IMG/VR virus record: IMGVR_UViG_3300036886_000519
Coordinates: 1-58,571 of that record
Length of the DNA stretch: 58,571 nucleotides
Reading direction: 5' to 3' (one strand)
Source: a virus
Taxonomy: Duplodnaviria > Caudoviricetes
The notes beneath the pieces were generated by a model. The model ran no database searches and was not told the DNA's origin. It saw only the letters and a program-made list of their open reading frames with translations. Made by a program: the position numbers and the translations under genes. Positions 47,389 through 57,765 of the stretch are shown here, piece by piece; within the stretch, counting starts at the first letter, position 1, and the number at the start of each line of letters is the position of its first letter.

Positions 47389-48135
47389 TTGGGCTTACGC
47401 TCAGAGATCGAGTGGACGGAATCAACCTGGAACCCTGTCACGGGCTGCACGAAAATCAGCCCTGGCTGCAAGCACTGTTACGCCGAGCGGATGGCCAAGC
47501 GGTTGCAGGCGATGGGGCAGAAGAACTACGCAAACGGCTTCGAGTTGACGTTGCAGGATCACACGGTCGAATTGCCTTTGCGATGGAAGAAACCCCAGAC
47601 CGTTTTTGTGAATTCGATGAGTGATCTGTTTCACGAAGATGTTCCTGTTCACTTTATCAAGAGGGTCTTCGATGTCATGAATCGCGCCTACTGGCACCGC
47701 TTCCAGGTACTAACGAAAAGGTCCGAACGACTGGCAAAGATCGACGGAGAACTGGAATGGGCACCGAACATCTGGATGGGCGTAAGCATCGAGCTCGACA
47801 AATACTGCGCTCGCGCATCCGATCTTCGCAGCACTGGGGCGCACGTGAAGTTTCTTTCCTTGGAGCCCCTATTGGGACCATTACCTAGCCTCGATCTTTC
47901 AGGGATCAACTGGGTCATTGTCGGCGGCGAATCCGGACCAGGCGCCCGTCCGATGGACCAGACGTGGGTGACGGCTTTGAGGGATCACTGCACTCACGTC
48001 CAGGTGCCGTTCTTCTTCAAACAATGGGGTGGAGTTGTCAAGAGCCGGACCGGTCGTTCGCTTGACGGCCGCACATGGGACGAGATGCCCGATGAGGATC
48101 TCGCTCCCGAAGAAGCACTGCGTATTCTGGCGTAG
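47389..48135 (+). CDS. DUF5131 (phage Gp37/Gp68) radical-SAM-like protein
   Basis: [54 protein letters not shown]. Confidence 0.93.
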   Translation: MGLRSEIEWTESTWNPVTGCTKISPGCKHCYAERMAKRLQAMGQKNYANGFELTLQDHTVELPLRWKKPQTVFVNSMSDLFHEDVPVHFIKRVFDVMNRAYWHRFQVLTKRSERLAKIDGELEWAPNIWMGVSIELDKYCARASDLRSTGAHVKFLSLEPLLGPLPSLDLSGINWVIVGGESGPGARPMDQTWVTALRDHCTHVQVPFFFKQWGGVVKSRTGRSLDGRTWDEMPDEDLAPEEALRILA

Positions 48136-48223
48136 CCGCGCCAAGTATGGATCATTCCCGCACCAATTCGTCTGCAAAAGGCAGATGCCCGGGTCCGGAT
48201 CGGTGGTAGAGATGTCCTGCCCG

Positions 48224-51200
48224 TTACGCGGGTGCCCCTACCACCTCGACAACCTCAGCGATCACCCGCACCTGCCCTTCGTCCGTACCACTCAGGATGA
48301 TCGGCGCGAAATCGGGATTAACGGGTTTCAGAGTGATCCTCGTGTGGCGCCAGGACTCGCCGGCCTTCGCCTTCTCGCTATCGTAGCGCTTGACGGTGTA
48401 GCGCTCGCCGGTCTCCGAGTCCGTGGCGTCACGCAGTTGGACGAGGACGGTCTTGCCCTGGCGGGTGCCGGTGACCGGGGCGGCGAAGAGGCAGTAGGAG
48501 CCGTCGGGAATGGTGGGCTCCATCGACTTGCCGACAATCTGGGCGACGAACATGCCCGGGCGCAGGCGGTGCCGGGTGTCGACGGCGACCCACTCCCAGC
48601 CTTCGTCCTCGACGTGCTGCGGATCGCCAAAGGCGCCCGCGGCGGCCTTGAGCGGCAAGAGTGGCACGCAGGTTATGTAGCGCTCCTCGGGTCGGCCTCC
48701 AGCGAGCCGCAGCCCAGACGGTAGTGCCCCAGCAGGCAATACCGAGGCTCCTGCTCGCGGAGCGCTCTGCAGTCGTCGATAAGCCTCTGCCGCCATCCAT
48801 GTGGTCACAATCTTCTGGAACGGCTCGTCGTTCATGAACCGGACGAAGATCTCCTCGTTCTGATCCATGCGCTCGACGAAGAGCCTGTCCAGCAGATTCT
48901 TAAACACCAACTCGAACTTGTCCTCCGGGTTCACCGCGGCGGCCTGCCGCAGCCCCTCGTCGGCAACCGCCGCCTGGACGATTTGATCGAAGAAGAGCTG
49001 GTCGGCTTGGTTGAAGTCCGTGCCGAACCGCTCGTTGACGATCTCGATGAGCTGCGAGAGCGGCACCGGTTGTTCCCGAACCAACCCGCTGCCTACCTCG
49101 GTGGGACCGTCCAGGGGGCGCGCGCTGCCGTCCTGCAGCGAGATCGAGCCCTCGCTGATCTTCTGGAGGCGGTAGTACTCGAGTCGCACCTCATCGTCGA
49201 ACAGGTAGGCCGCCCCACCCCTCCGTCGCGGCAGCTTCGCCGAAAGATGGCGCAGAAACACGTACAGGCGCTCAAGGTCCGAGTCCTGATAAGGGACCAC
49301 TTGGCTCAGGAAGCCATAGAGGTTGCGAAAAGCCAGTACTTTCCCGCGCCACAACTCCGCCTCCTCCTCGTTGTCCCTCTGGAGCACTGTGAACCGCGAT
49401 ACCGCGGGATCGAGCGCCGCATTCATAGCCTGATGATCCTGCGCACTCTGGCGCTGCCTGGGCTTGAAGTAAACGGTGCAGAAGCGTTCGACCTCCTCGC
49501 CGAGGTAAACGCCCGAAGCATCCAGCTCCGCCCTGATGGCGTACATGCGCGCGGGATCGACCTCTTCGCCCATCTCAGCGCCTTCGTAGAACGTCTTGAA
49601 CGCCTCCCTGATCTCCTCGCGATCGTTGACAAAGTCGAGAACGAATGTGTCCTCCTTGAGAAGGTGGGTCCGGTTCAGCCGTGAGAGCGTCTGCACGGCC
49701 TGGATGCCCGCGAGCCGCCTATCCACAAACATCGTGTGCAGGAGCGGCTGGTCGTACCCGGTCTGGTACTTCTCCGCCACCAGCAAGACGTGGTACTCCT
49801 GTGTCGCGAACTTCTCCGGAAGCTCCTTCTCGCGAATGCCGAGGTTCATCCTCTCCTCGGTGTAGGTCACGTCCGGGAGCTTGTCGTCCAACACCGTCCC
49901 AGAGAAGGCAACCAGTGTCTTAATCGGGTAGCCCTTCTCCTGGATGTAACGGTCAAAGCTCTGCTTGTAGCGCACGGCTTCCAGGCGCGAGCCAGTGACT
50001 ACCATGCCCTTGGCCCGACCGCCGATCTTGTGCCGAGTGACCGCCTGGAAGTGCTCGACCATGACCTGGGTTTTCTGGGCAATGTTGTGCGGGTGCAGGC
50101 GCATGAAGCGGGCGAGCGCCCGCGCGGCCTTCTTGCGCTCGACGTTGGGATCGTCCTCACAGGCCTTGAGCAGCTTGAAGTAGGTCGCGTAGGTCGTGTA
50201 GTGCTTGAGGACGTCGAGGATGAACTCCTCCTCGATCGCCTGGCGCATGGTGTAGCGGTGGGTTGGCTGTCCGTCGCGCCCGAACACCGCGAGCGTCTTG
50301 TGCTTGGGTGTGGCGGTGAAGGCGAAGAAGCTCAGGTTCGCCTGCCGGCCGCGCTTGGCCATACTGCGAAAGAGCTCTTCCATTTCATCGCAACCTTCCT
50401 CTGCCGCGCGCTTGTTCGCTTCTTCCCGTAAGCCCTCGCCGCCGAGGACTTCCTTGAGGTCGGTGGCGGACTCGCCGCCCTGCGAACTGTGGGCCTCGTC
50501 GATGATCACAGCACGACGCCGCGTTGGCAGAGCACCAGCCCCATTCGCACCCTTCTCCTCAGCAATCTTACGCATCTGGCGCAACACCACCGGGAACTTC
50601 TGAAGCGTCGTGATAATGATCGGCACTGCCTTCTCGAGTGCCTCGGCGAGCTGTCGCGAGCTCTCGTCGATCTTCTGCACCACACCGCGCTTGTGCTCGA
50701 ACTGGTAGATCGTGTCCTGGAGCTGTTTGTCGAGCACCACGCGGTCTGTCACCACGATCACGCTGTCGAAGACCCGCTCGTTGGCCATGTCATGGAGACA
50801 GGCGAGGCGGTGCGCAAGCCAGCCGATCGTGTTGCTCTTTCCACTTCCAGCCGAGTGCTCGACGAGATAGTTGTGCCCCACGTCCTCCCGCCGGGCCGAG
50901 TCGACCAGCAGGCGGACGGCCTCGAGCTGGTGGTAGCGGGGGAAGATCATCGACTCGACGTTCACTTTGCGCCCCTGGTCGTCGCGCTTCTCTTCAATCT
51001 GCAAATGCATGAAACGCGCCAGGAGATCAAGAAAACTGTCTCGCTGCAGCACCTCTTCCCAAAGGTATGCCGTGCGGTAGGTGCGCCCGGCAGGATCGGG
51101 AGGGTTGCCGGCGCCGCCGTCGCAGCCCTTGTTGAAGGGCAGGAAGTGCGTCGCCCCGCCGGCTAGCCGCGTGGTCATCAGCACTGACTCAGTATCGACG

Positions 51201-51775
51201 GCGAAGTGGACGAGAGTGCGCCGCTTGAAATCGAAGATCTGTTCCCGAGCGTCGCGGTCCTGCTTGTACTGCCGACGCGCTTCCTCGACGGTCTGGCCGG
51301 TGAGAGGGTTCTTGAGCTCCAGCGTAACGACGGGGATTCCGTTCAGGCTCAACGTGACATCGATCGACTTCTCCGAACGCGGCGAGTAGTGTAGTTGGCG
51401 GGTGAGCCCCAGGCGGTTCGCAGCATAGCGGGCCTCGAGTTCCGGGTTCAACCCGTGCGCCGCCTTAAAGAACGCCACATGGAGTGTCCGCCCGTAACAC
51501 TTGAAGCCGTGGCGCAGGGTAGCGAGGGACCCATTCACATCCATCCACTTGCACAGGTCGGTGAGGATCTGGTTGCCGGTCTTGTCGCCGTGCAGCGCCT
51601 CCAGTTTCGCCCACTCCTTTTGCTGCGTCTCTCGGATGAACGCCAGCACCGTCGCCGGGAAGATCGCGCGCTCACGATCGAAGCCTTCGCAGGCAACGCA
51701 CGCATACCCGTTCTGGAGTAGATGCGCCTCGATGACCGTCTCGAAGGCGCACTCCCAGTAGCGAGGCTCAATCAT
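48224..51775 (-). CDS. hsdR: Type I restriction subunit R with C-terminal S24 peptidase domain
   Basis: ELKN nuclease, [24 protein letters not shown]; then AAAG, GKSM, VKR. Confidence 0.93.
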   Translation of the reverse strand: MIEPRYWECAFETVIEAHLLQNGYACVACEGFDRERAIFPATVLAFIRETQQKEWAKLEALHGDKTGNQILTDLCKWMDVNGSLATLRHGFKCYGRTLHVAFFKAAHGLNPELEARYAANRLGLTRQLHYSPRSEKSIDVTLSLNGIPVVTLELKNPLTGQTVEEARRQYKQDRDAREQIFDFKRRTLVHFAVDTESVLMTTRLAGGATHFLPFNKGCDGGAGNPPDPAGRTYRTAYLWEEVLQRDSFLDLLARFMHLQIEEKRDDQGRKVNVESMIFPRYHQLEAVRLLVDSARREDVGHNYLVEHSAGSGKSNTIGWLAHRLACLHDMANERVFDSVIVVTDRVVLDKQLQDTIYQFEHKRGVVQKIDESSRQLAEALEKAVPIIITTLQKFPVVLRQMRKIAEEKGANGAGALPTRRRAVIIDEAHSSQGGESATDLKEVLGGEGLREEANKRAAEEGCDEMEELFRSMAKRGRQANLSFFAFTATPKHKTLAVFGRDGQPTHRYTMRQAIEEEFILDVLKHYTTYATYFKLLKACEDDPNVERKKAARALARFMRLHPHNIAQKTQVMVEHFQAVTRHKIGGRAKGMVVTGSRLEAVRYKQSFDRYIQEKGYPIKTLVAFSGTVLDDKLPDVTYTEERMNLGIREKELPEKFATQEYHVLLVAEKYQTGYDQPLLHTMFVDRRLAGIQAVQTLSRLNRTHLLKEDTFVLDFVNDREEIREAFKTFYEGAEMGEEVDPARMYAIRAELDASGVYLGEEVERFCTVYFKPRQRQSAQDHQAMNAALDPAVSRFTVLQRDNEEEAELWRGKVLAFRNLYGFLSQVVPYQDSDLERLYVFLRHLSAKLPRRRGGAAYLFDDEVRLEYYRLQKISEGSISLQDGSARPLDGPTEVGSGLVREQPVPLSQLIEIVNERFGTDFNQADQLFFDQIVQAAVADEGLRQAAAVNPEDKFELVFKNLLDRLFVERMDQNEEIFVRFMNDEPFQKIVTTWMAAEAYRRLQSAPRAGASVLPAGALPSGLRLAGGRPEERYITCVPLLPLKAAAGAFGDPQHVEDEGWEWVAVDTRHRLRPGMFVAQIVGKSMEPTIPDGSYCLFAAPVTGTRQGKTVLVQLRDATDSETGERYTVKRYDSEKAKAGESWRHTRITLKPVNPDFAPIILSGTDEGQVRVIAEVVEVVGAPA

Positions 51776-52422
51776 GATCCCATCCTCATCAGTCGTTGCG
51801 CCAGCCACCAGACCGCTACCTGACAATAGGGAGCAAGGTGGCCACCGCCCGCGATGTACCGGTCTCGTTCACGCTCAAGCCGCGCTCGCGGCACCGGGCC
51901 ATGAGTTTTTTCCTTCTCGCGCTTCCACCATTCGGAAATGGCGGTGAGGACCCCTTTCCTGTTGTTCTTTAACAGGGGCAGGTTAAGATTCAGTACTACG
52001 TTCAACTGCGCATCGAACTCGGCATCGTCCGATTTGACCGAGCCATCGATCTCATAGCGCACGCGCGCCTCGATATGGTGTGCCGGGTCGGCGGGATTCC
52101 ACCGGAGATCGCGGTCACCCTTCCTCGTATCGCAATACTGGGAATCCCACGGCTGCCCCCTTCCACCCAGGCAGGCTCCGAGCAAATTGCGGTAGTTGAG
52201 CTGTTCGCCCGGGGAGCGGGATTGACTTCGCCAGTGCTCGATCTTCATGGTAGCTGGCCCGTCATGAACCCGTCCCAAGCAGTAGCAGCATAGCCCCCGC
52301 TGCTCGGCCACCAAAGCGTGCCTTAGGTCGTCCTTCTCCGCATAGTTGTCATAGTCGGAGTGCGGAGTGAGCCGATGCGTCGTCAGACTCGGCGGCTCGG
52401 GCCCCTTCGTGATCGCCCTCAT
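51772..52422 (-). CDS. HNH endonuclease (TIGR02646 / PtuB-like)
   Basis: [28 protein letters not shown]. Confidence 0.85.
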   Translation of the reverse strand: MRAITKGPEPPSLTTHRLTPHSDYDNYAEKDDLRHALVAEQRGLCCYCLGRVHDGPATMKIEHWRSQSRSPGEQLNYRNLLGACLGGRGQPWDSQYCDTRKGDRDLRWNPADPAHHIEARVRYEIDGSVKSDDAEFDAQLNVVLNLNLPLLKNNRKGVLTAISEWWKREKEKTHGPVPRARLERERDRYIAGGGHLAPYCQVAVWWLAQRLMRMGS

Positions 52423-53672
52423 TCCTTACCCTCGATAAAGTCGAGGAGAGTTCGGGCACGTGTCACTTCTGGATCGTCTTCCCCGAGGCGGGCCGTTAAG
52501 GCGGCCAATAACTCGCGTGCGCGCTCGAAATGCTGCTTTCCGGTCTCCTGGGAGAGTTCTGAGAGCAGTTGGTTCACCTCCTGTGCTCGCGGGTCTGCAT
52601 GCATGATCTCCTCCAGCACCCGGCTGGAGTCGACGCCGAAGGAGTGGGTCGGCGAATAGACCTGGCCGTCCGCGATGATCTGGATCCGGTCGTGCTCCAC
52701 TTCACCGATGACCTGGGGCGAATGTGTCGTTGCGATGAACTGGCACCGGGGAAACGCTGTGGTCAGGTTGCGCACAATCTGCCGCTGCCACTTAGGATGC
52801 AGGTGCAGGTCGATCTCGTCGATGAGGACAACCGCCTCCGCCTCTGCGGCCGGATCCGCCATTGCCGGGTTGGCCTGCACCAGTCGGCGTGTCAGGTCGA
52901 GCACCAGAGCAAGCACGCCGCGCTCGCCATCGGAAAGCTGCCGCACGCGGAGCGTCCTGCTGCCCCGATCGATCAACAGCATCTGGCGATCCTCGCCACC
53001 CACACGCAGGTTGGCATAGCCTGGAAGGAACCGCGCCACGGCGTCCTCAAAGGCGGCGAGCGCACGACCCGCTACCGGACGTTCCGCCTTCAGTGCCTCC
53101 TGGACCCGCATCCAGGCTGAGAACTCTCCGAGCCTAAGCTCGCGGCTCGTGAACGCGTCCGCGAACGCCGCAGTGATTCCTCCGGCTGCCACGCTTTTTC
53201 TGGGAGTTCGCTCCCACGGTACTGCCCGACTGGTCGAGAAGAGGACCGCAAGAGGCCGCCCGCCGGGCTCGTTCCCGCTGACGGGTAAAGGCGGCGTGCC
53301 GATGTAATCAGCCTTTTCCGGTGTCTCGTGGACCTCCTTCCGCGGCATGCCTGCCATTTTCTCTTGGGCTGCGCTGGCCTCACGCGGTCTGTGGATTAGG
53401 TAGCGGTACTCCGTGTCACCGATCTGTACGCCGCACTCGACATCCAAGGCATCGGCTCCAACGCGAATATCGTCTGCGGTGAACGATTTGCCCGGTATCC
53501 GCAGCCGGTTCACGTCCTTGACGACCGCCAGCAAGCACACGCTAAGCGCGTCGAGCAAGCTCGTCTTGCCGACGCCGTTGACGCCCACGACCAGGTTGAA
53601 TCCGGGCTGGAATCGGAACTCAGCCGCGTCGATGGCCCGAAGGTTCGCGAGCTTCAGCGTAGTGGCTCTCAT
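52419..53672 (-). CDS. ABC-type ATPase (PtuA-like)
   Basis: GVNGVGKT, LSDGER, VLIDEIDLHLHPKWQ, ATTHSP. Confidence 0.88.
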   Translation of the reverse strand: MRATTLKLANLRAIDAAEFRFQPGFNLVVGVNGVGKTSLLDALSVCLLAVVKDVNRLRIPGKSFTADDIRVGADALDVECGVQIGDTEYRYLIHRPREASAAQEKMAGMPRKEVHETPEKADYIGTPPLPVSGNEPGGRPLAVLFSTSRAVPWERTPRKSVAAGGITAAFADAFTSRELRLGEFSAWMRVQEALKAERPVAGRALAAFEDAVARFLPGYANLRVGGEDRQMLLIDRGSRTLRVRQLSDGERGVLALVLDLTRRLVQANPAMADPAAEAEAVVLIDEIDLHLHPKWQRQIVRNLTTAFPRCQFIATTHSPQVIGEVEHDRIQIIADGQVYSPTHSFGVDSSRVLEEIMHADPRAQEVNQLLSELSQETGKQHFERARELLAALTARLGEDDPEVTRARTLLDFIEGKE

Positions 53673-54958
53673 GCGCCCCTCCCGACGTCGATTTGCCCGG
53701 TCACGGCTGCGGCGATGAGCGCGGAGCGGCGCTCCCTGAGCAGGGCGACCGTGCGCTCCGTCGCAGCACCTAGGGTGTCGAGCTTCGCAGTCTCCGAAGC
53801 AACATAGGCAACGATCTCCGATTGCTCGTCGGAAGAAGGAAGCGGTACCTCGATATCGCGGAAGCCCTCCCAGTAGAGCCGCAAACGGTCCCACACGATC
53901 CCGTGAGAACGCCGTGCGCACTCGGCGCTAAAGGCTGACGTCCTAAACAATAGACCCGCGTACGCCGACGACAACGAGCCTGCTGGCGCTGCGACGACAT
54001 AGTCCGGGCTGACGAGGCCGTCCTGAGGAGCAATGCCGACAGCACCCTGCCACATACGCATCTTGTTGAACGCGACGTCGCCCCGTCGAGCGATCTTGTA
54101 GGTGTTGAAATCTGCAGCGGTACTCTCGATTCGTTCATCGGAAAACTCGCGAAGCACTACCCCGGCGTTGATTGAAACCTCCAGCAACGGCAGGTCTGGT
54201 TCTCCGCGTTCGTCTCGCTCGCGGAAGAGCCATGCGACCCTGGACGTTTCCCAACGTGCAGGGATCTCACCAAGCCAGGGGATGCCGGAGTCGCGTAGCG
54301 GGGTGAGAGGGTCGATACCCCGGGTGACCGCGCACGTGATGATCGCCCGGCTCTTCTCGGCCAACAGCCCGAGCAGCCGTTCCTTCGCCGCCACCAGGGC
54401 ATCCAGACGCGCCGTCTCCCGCTCGAGGTAGTCGGCGATGACTCGTTGCAGCGAGATCGGTGGGGCAGGCAATACCATCGCCCCGATATCCGACTTCGGA
54501 ATCCCAAAACGCGTCACGCCATTCGCTGCCGCGAGCTCTAGCTGCACGCGCACAGGCTTTGCCTGGAGACAGCGGAACAAGAATGCTCCTGCCATCCGGC
54601 CTTGGTGCGGACGGAGAACCGCAAGGTGATAACCGCAGATCAGATCGTCGGCGGCCTCACGGACGAGCGCAGGCACGCCGATATCGTCCCAGGACTCGGA
54701 GTCCTTGGTAATAACGACATCGTCTACGGCTAGCCGAAACTTATGGATCTCGTCTTCAGTGGCGGTCGCCTGCATGAAGTCCAGATTGAGGTCGATGAAG
54801 TCATTGTTGTAGACGTCTGAGTAGTTGCAAAGGCGGATGGCAATTTCGTTGTCTGCCGGAATTTTGTCGACGTTACTAACGAGATAGTCGGCTACGGATC
54901 GGAGTGGCTTTGCCTCCCAGCCGTCGGGAAGCGTTTTCACCCACCCGAGGTGGCTCAC
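53669..54958 (-). CDS. hsdS: Type I specificity subunit S
   Basis: Two TRDs with conserved helices; DSGIPWLGEIP, RSALIAAAVTGQID. Confidence 0.92.
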   Translation of the reverse strand: MSHLGWVKTLPDGWEAKPLRSVADYLVSNVDKIPADNEIAIRLCNYSDVYNNDFIDLNLDFMQATATEDEIHKFRLAVDDVVITKDSESWDDIGVPALVREAADDLICGYHLAVLRPHQGRMAGAFLFRCLQAKPVRVQLELAAANGVTRFGIPKSDIGAMVLPAPPISLQRVIADYLERETARLDALVAAKERLLGLLAEKSRAIITCAVTRGIDPLTPLRDSGIPWLGEIPARWETSRVAWLFRERDERGEPDLPLLEVSINAGVVLREFSDERIESTAADFNTYKIARRGDVAFNKMRMWQGAVGIAPQDGLVSPDYVVAAPAGSLSSAYAGLLFRTSAFSAECARRSHGIVWDRLRLYWEGFRDIEVPLPSSDEQSEIVAYVASETAKLDTLGAATERTVALLRERRSALIAAAVTGQIDVGRGA

Positions 54959-56940
54959 TCCGTCACCTCCCGCAGCAGCCGCACGATCTCCTCTTCTGCC
55001 TGCTTCAGGTCAGTGTCGATCTCATCGAGCGGACGCGGCGGGCTGTACCTGTAGAAGTGGCGGTTAAAGTTGATCTCGTACCCCACCTTGTCCTTGCTGC
55101 GGTCCATCCAGGCATCTGGTATATGGGGCCGCACCTCTCGCTCGAAGTAGGCGTCAATGTCCTCTTTCAGGGGCACGTTCTCGAAATCGCGGAGTTCCGG
55201 GTCGGGCTCGAAGCCTTCGTTCCTACCGCCCTTGGCGGCCGGCTCGGCCTCGGAATCCTTGCACGTGAACACGCTGCGGAAAAGCCTTTGCTCTGCTTCC
55301 TTCCAGCGGGATCTGCGCCCCTGTAGCAAATCTTCGATGCGGTTCCATACCGCGTTCCAGCCCCGCTGAGGCTCCCGCCCGAGCGCCACGTCCACGGCCT
55401 GCACGTCGTCGAGCAGGTGCGGACAGGCGTCGAGAAAGCGGGCCTTGTCCTCAGAGGTCATCTGGTAACGCAGGCGTAGGGGCCGCTCGACGGTGACGCG
55501 GGTATAGCCGAAGTCGGCGTTGTCGAAGACCTTCAATCGCTCACCGTCTATTAAGCGGCCGTACAGCCGCACGATCTCGTCGATCTGGCTCGTCGTCATG
55601 TGCCGGCGCTTGTCGCCGAGGCTGCGTTTGCTCTCCTCGCTGCCACCGGGAGTCCAGATGTCGCGGCCATCAAGGAGCTGGATCTTGCCCTTGCGCCGCT
55701 TCTCCTTGCGGTTGGTGACAATCCAGATGTAGGTGCCGATTCCTGTGTTGTAAAACATCTGTTCGGGCAGGGCGATTACGGCCTCGAGCCAGTCGTTCTC
55801 GATGACCCACTTTCGTATGTTGCTCTCGCCCGAGCCCGCGCCACCGGTGAACAGTGGCGAGCCGCTGAAGACAATTGCCAGCCGCGAACCGTGCTTGCGT
55901 TCGGCCGGGCGCACCGTCTCAAACTTGCGAACCATGTGCTGCAGAAACAGCAGTGACCCGTCGTTCACGCGGGGCAGGCCCGCGCCGAAGCGGCCGGCGA
56001 AGCCAAACTTCTCGTGCTCCCGCTGGATCTCCTTCTGCTGCTTCTTCCAGTCCACGCCGAACGGTGGGTTGGTGAGAAAGTAGTCGAACGTCTCGCCTGC
56101 GAACTGATCCTCGGTGAAGCTGTCGCCGAAACGAATGTGATTCGTGCCGCCGTTCTGGTCCACCTCCTTCATTAGCATGTCGGAAGCGGCGGTAGCGAAG
56201 GCGCGCTTGTTGTAGTCCTGCCCGTAAACGTATAGCCGGGCCGCGCTGTGGTGTTCTCGCAGGTAGTTCTGGGCCTCAGCCAGCATGCCGCCGGTGCCAC
56301 AGGCCGGGTCGAGCAGCGTTCGCACGGTGCCGGGGGTGGCGAGCAGTTCGTCGTCGCGGATGAAAAGGATGCTCACCATCAGGCGGATGACCTCGCGCGG
56401 AGTGAAGTGGTCGCCCGCAGTCTCGTTGGCAAGCTCATTGAAACGCCGGATGAGGTTCTCGAATATGAGCCCCATCTGCGGGTTCTTCACTCTCTCCGGG
56501 TGCAGGTCCACGTCGCAGAACTTGGACACAACGAGGTAGAGGATGTTCGCCTCGCCCATCTTCTCGACCTCGTTTTCGAACTCGAAGTACTCGAAGATGC
56601 GGCATACGTTGGCCGAAAACCCCTTGATGTAGCTGACGAGGTGCTGACCGATGTGGTCAGGATCGCCCTTCAGTCTCTCGAAGTTGAGCGGCGAGTGGTT
56701 GTGGAACCGCTGGTTCGCCGCCTTGTTGAGCTTGGCGTCCAGTGCCTCGCCTTTCAGCTTGCTTCCCCACCGTTCGTGTTCGGCCAGGACCTTGCGCTTC
56801 GTGGGCGCAAGCACGCAGTCGAATCGGCGCAGTACGGTCATGGGCAACATGACTCGCTCGTACTGCGGCGGGCGGTACGGGCCACGCAGTAGGTCGGCGA
56901 TTTGCCAGATCAGGTTTGCAAACGAATTGTGATCAGACAT
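54955..56940 (-). CDS. hsdM: Type I methyltransferase subunit M
   Basis: IWQIADLLRG, HFTPRE, DPACGTGG, NPPF, GYEINF. Confidence 0.95.
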   Translation of the reverse strand: MSDHNSFANLIWQIADLLRGPYRPPQYERVMLPMTVLRRFDCVLAPTKRKVLAEHERWGSKLKGEALDAKLNKAANQRFHNHSPLNFERLKGDPDHIGQHLVSYIKGFSANVCRIFEYFEFENEVEKMGEANILYLVVSKFCDVDLHPERVKNPQMGLIFENLIRRFNELANETAGDHFTPREVIRLMVSILFIRDDELLATPGTVRTLLDPACGTGGMLAEAQNYLREHHSAARLYVYGQDYNKRAFATAASDMLMKEVDQNGGTNHIRFGDSFTEDQFAGETFDYFLTNPPFGVDWKKQQKEIQREHEKFGFAGRFGAGLPRVNDGSLLFLQHMVRKFETVRPAERKHGSRLAIVFSGSPLFTGGAGSGESNIRKWVIENDWLEAVIALPEQMFYNTGIGTYIWIVTNRKEKRRKGKIQLLDGRDIWTPGGSEESKRSLGDKRRHMTTSQIDEIVRLYGRLIDGERLKVFDNADFGYTRVTVERPLRLRYQMTSEDKARFLDACPHLLDDVQAVDVALGREPQRGWNAVWNRIEDLLQGRRSRWKEAEQRLFRSVFTCKDSEAEPAAKGGRNEGFEPDPELRDFENVPLKEDIDAYFEREVRPHIPDAWMDRSKDKVGYEINFNRHFYRYSPPRPLDEIDTDLKQAEEEIVRLLREVTE

Positions 56941-57027
56941 CGGTCAGGTTCGCTCCTGGGACCGCATGTACTCGGTCGCGTCGGATGTTCGGGCTGAGCA
57001 CGTCGGCGGCAACCCAAAGCCTATTCT

Positions 57028-57270
57028 CTAATCCAAGGTCTCCGCCGTTAGGTTCATCACCCATTGGAGATCCCTTCCTTCCGGAAGTACTCGGCGCGCA
57101 GATCCTCGCCGTTCTCGCCGAGATTCAGCGATCTCCGACGTTCCACATCCCACGTGGCCGACAACGGCGAAAACCAGTTCGTTGGCTGCGTGCTTCAGGA
57201 TCAATCCACGGGAATCCTCGCACCGGGTCGTGGCGACGACGCGCGGTAACGGGTTCTCAGCAGCAGCCAT
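57028..57270 (-). pseudogene. N-terminal remnant resembling anti-phage dCTP deaminase
   Basis: GAGGAGG RBS; NELVFAVVGHVGCGTS P-loop-like start, then abrupt loss of the reading. Confidence 0.5.
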
Positions 57271-57282
57271 TCGGAGGCCTCC

Positions 57283-57765
57283 TCACATGTATGGTGAACA
57301 ACCGCTATTGTCTCTCACAGACGGACTCGGATGCATTGGTTGGACGTCGTTCCACAACTTGCGCTGGCGGATCCAAACGACTTGAGCACAGATGCTGCGT
57401 AAAAAGCGTTCATTGAGCCCGGAAATTGCACCCTCCGGCGAGAGCAGGTGCTCCTGGATGTCGGGAGCGAGCATGAGCAGATTCATGATTTGGGTGATCC
57501 TGGCCCGTGTCACGTACCCGAGTCGCGCCAGGTCTGCGTAGTCGCGGACTTCTCCACGCTCGACCATCTCCTGGAACTTGATGGCGAGGGCCATCAGTCT
57601 GGTAATCCGAGGAATTCGCGGGCGATCGCCCGAGTTGCTGAACGGGTCGTGCTGCGTTCTGCTGCCCTCGCGGCGACACTGGCGCACTGGCAGCGTCACC
57701 TCCACCTGAATGGCCCCGTCCGCGCGCGGACCTGGGCCGGCCATGGTCAGCACTTTCCTTGGCAT
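57283..57765 (-). CDS. HTH protein associated with serine recombinases
   Basis: LMALAIKFQEMV..YADLARLGYVTRARITQIMNLLMLAPDIQE. Confidence 0.8.
   Translation of the reverse strand: MPRKVLTMAGPGPRADGAIQVEVTLPVRQCRREGSRTQHDPFSNSGDRPRIPRITRLMALAIKFQEMVERGEVRDYADLARLGYVTRARITQIMNLLMLAPDIQEHLLSPEGAISGLNERFLRSICAQVVWIRQRKLWNDVQPMHPSPSVRDNSGCSPYM

Noticed and set aside
51772-53672. Retron
   Set aside because: No reverse transcriptase or msr-msd region recognised in the window
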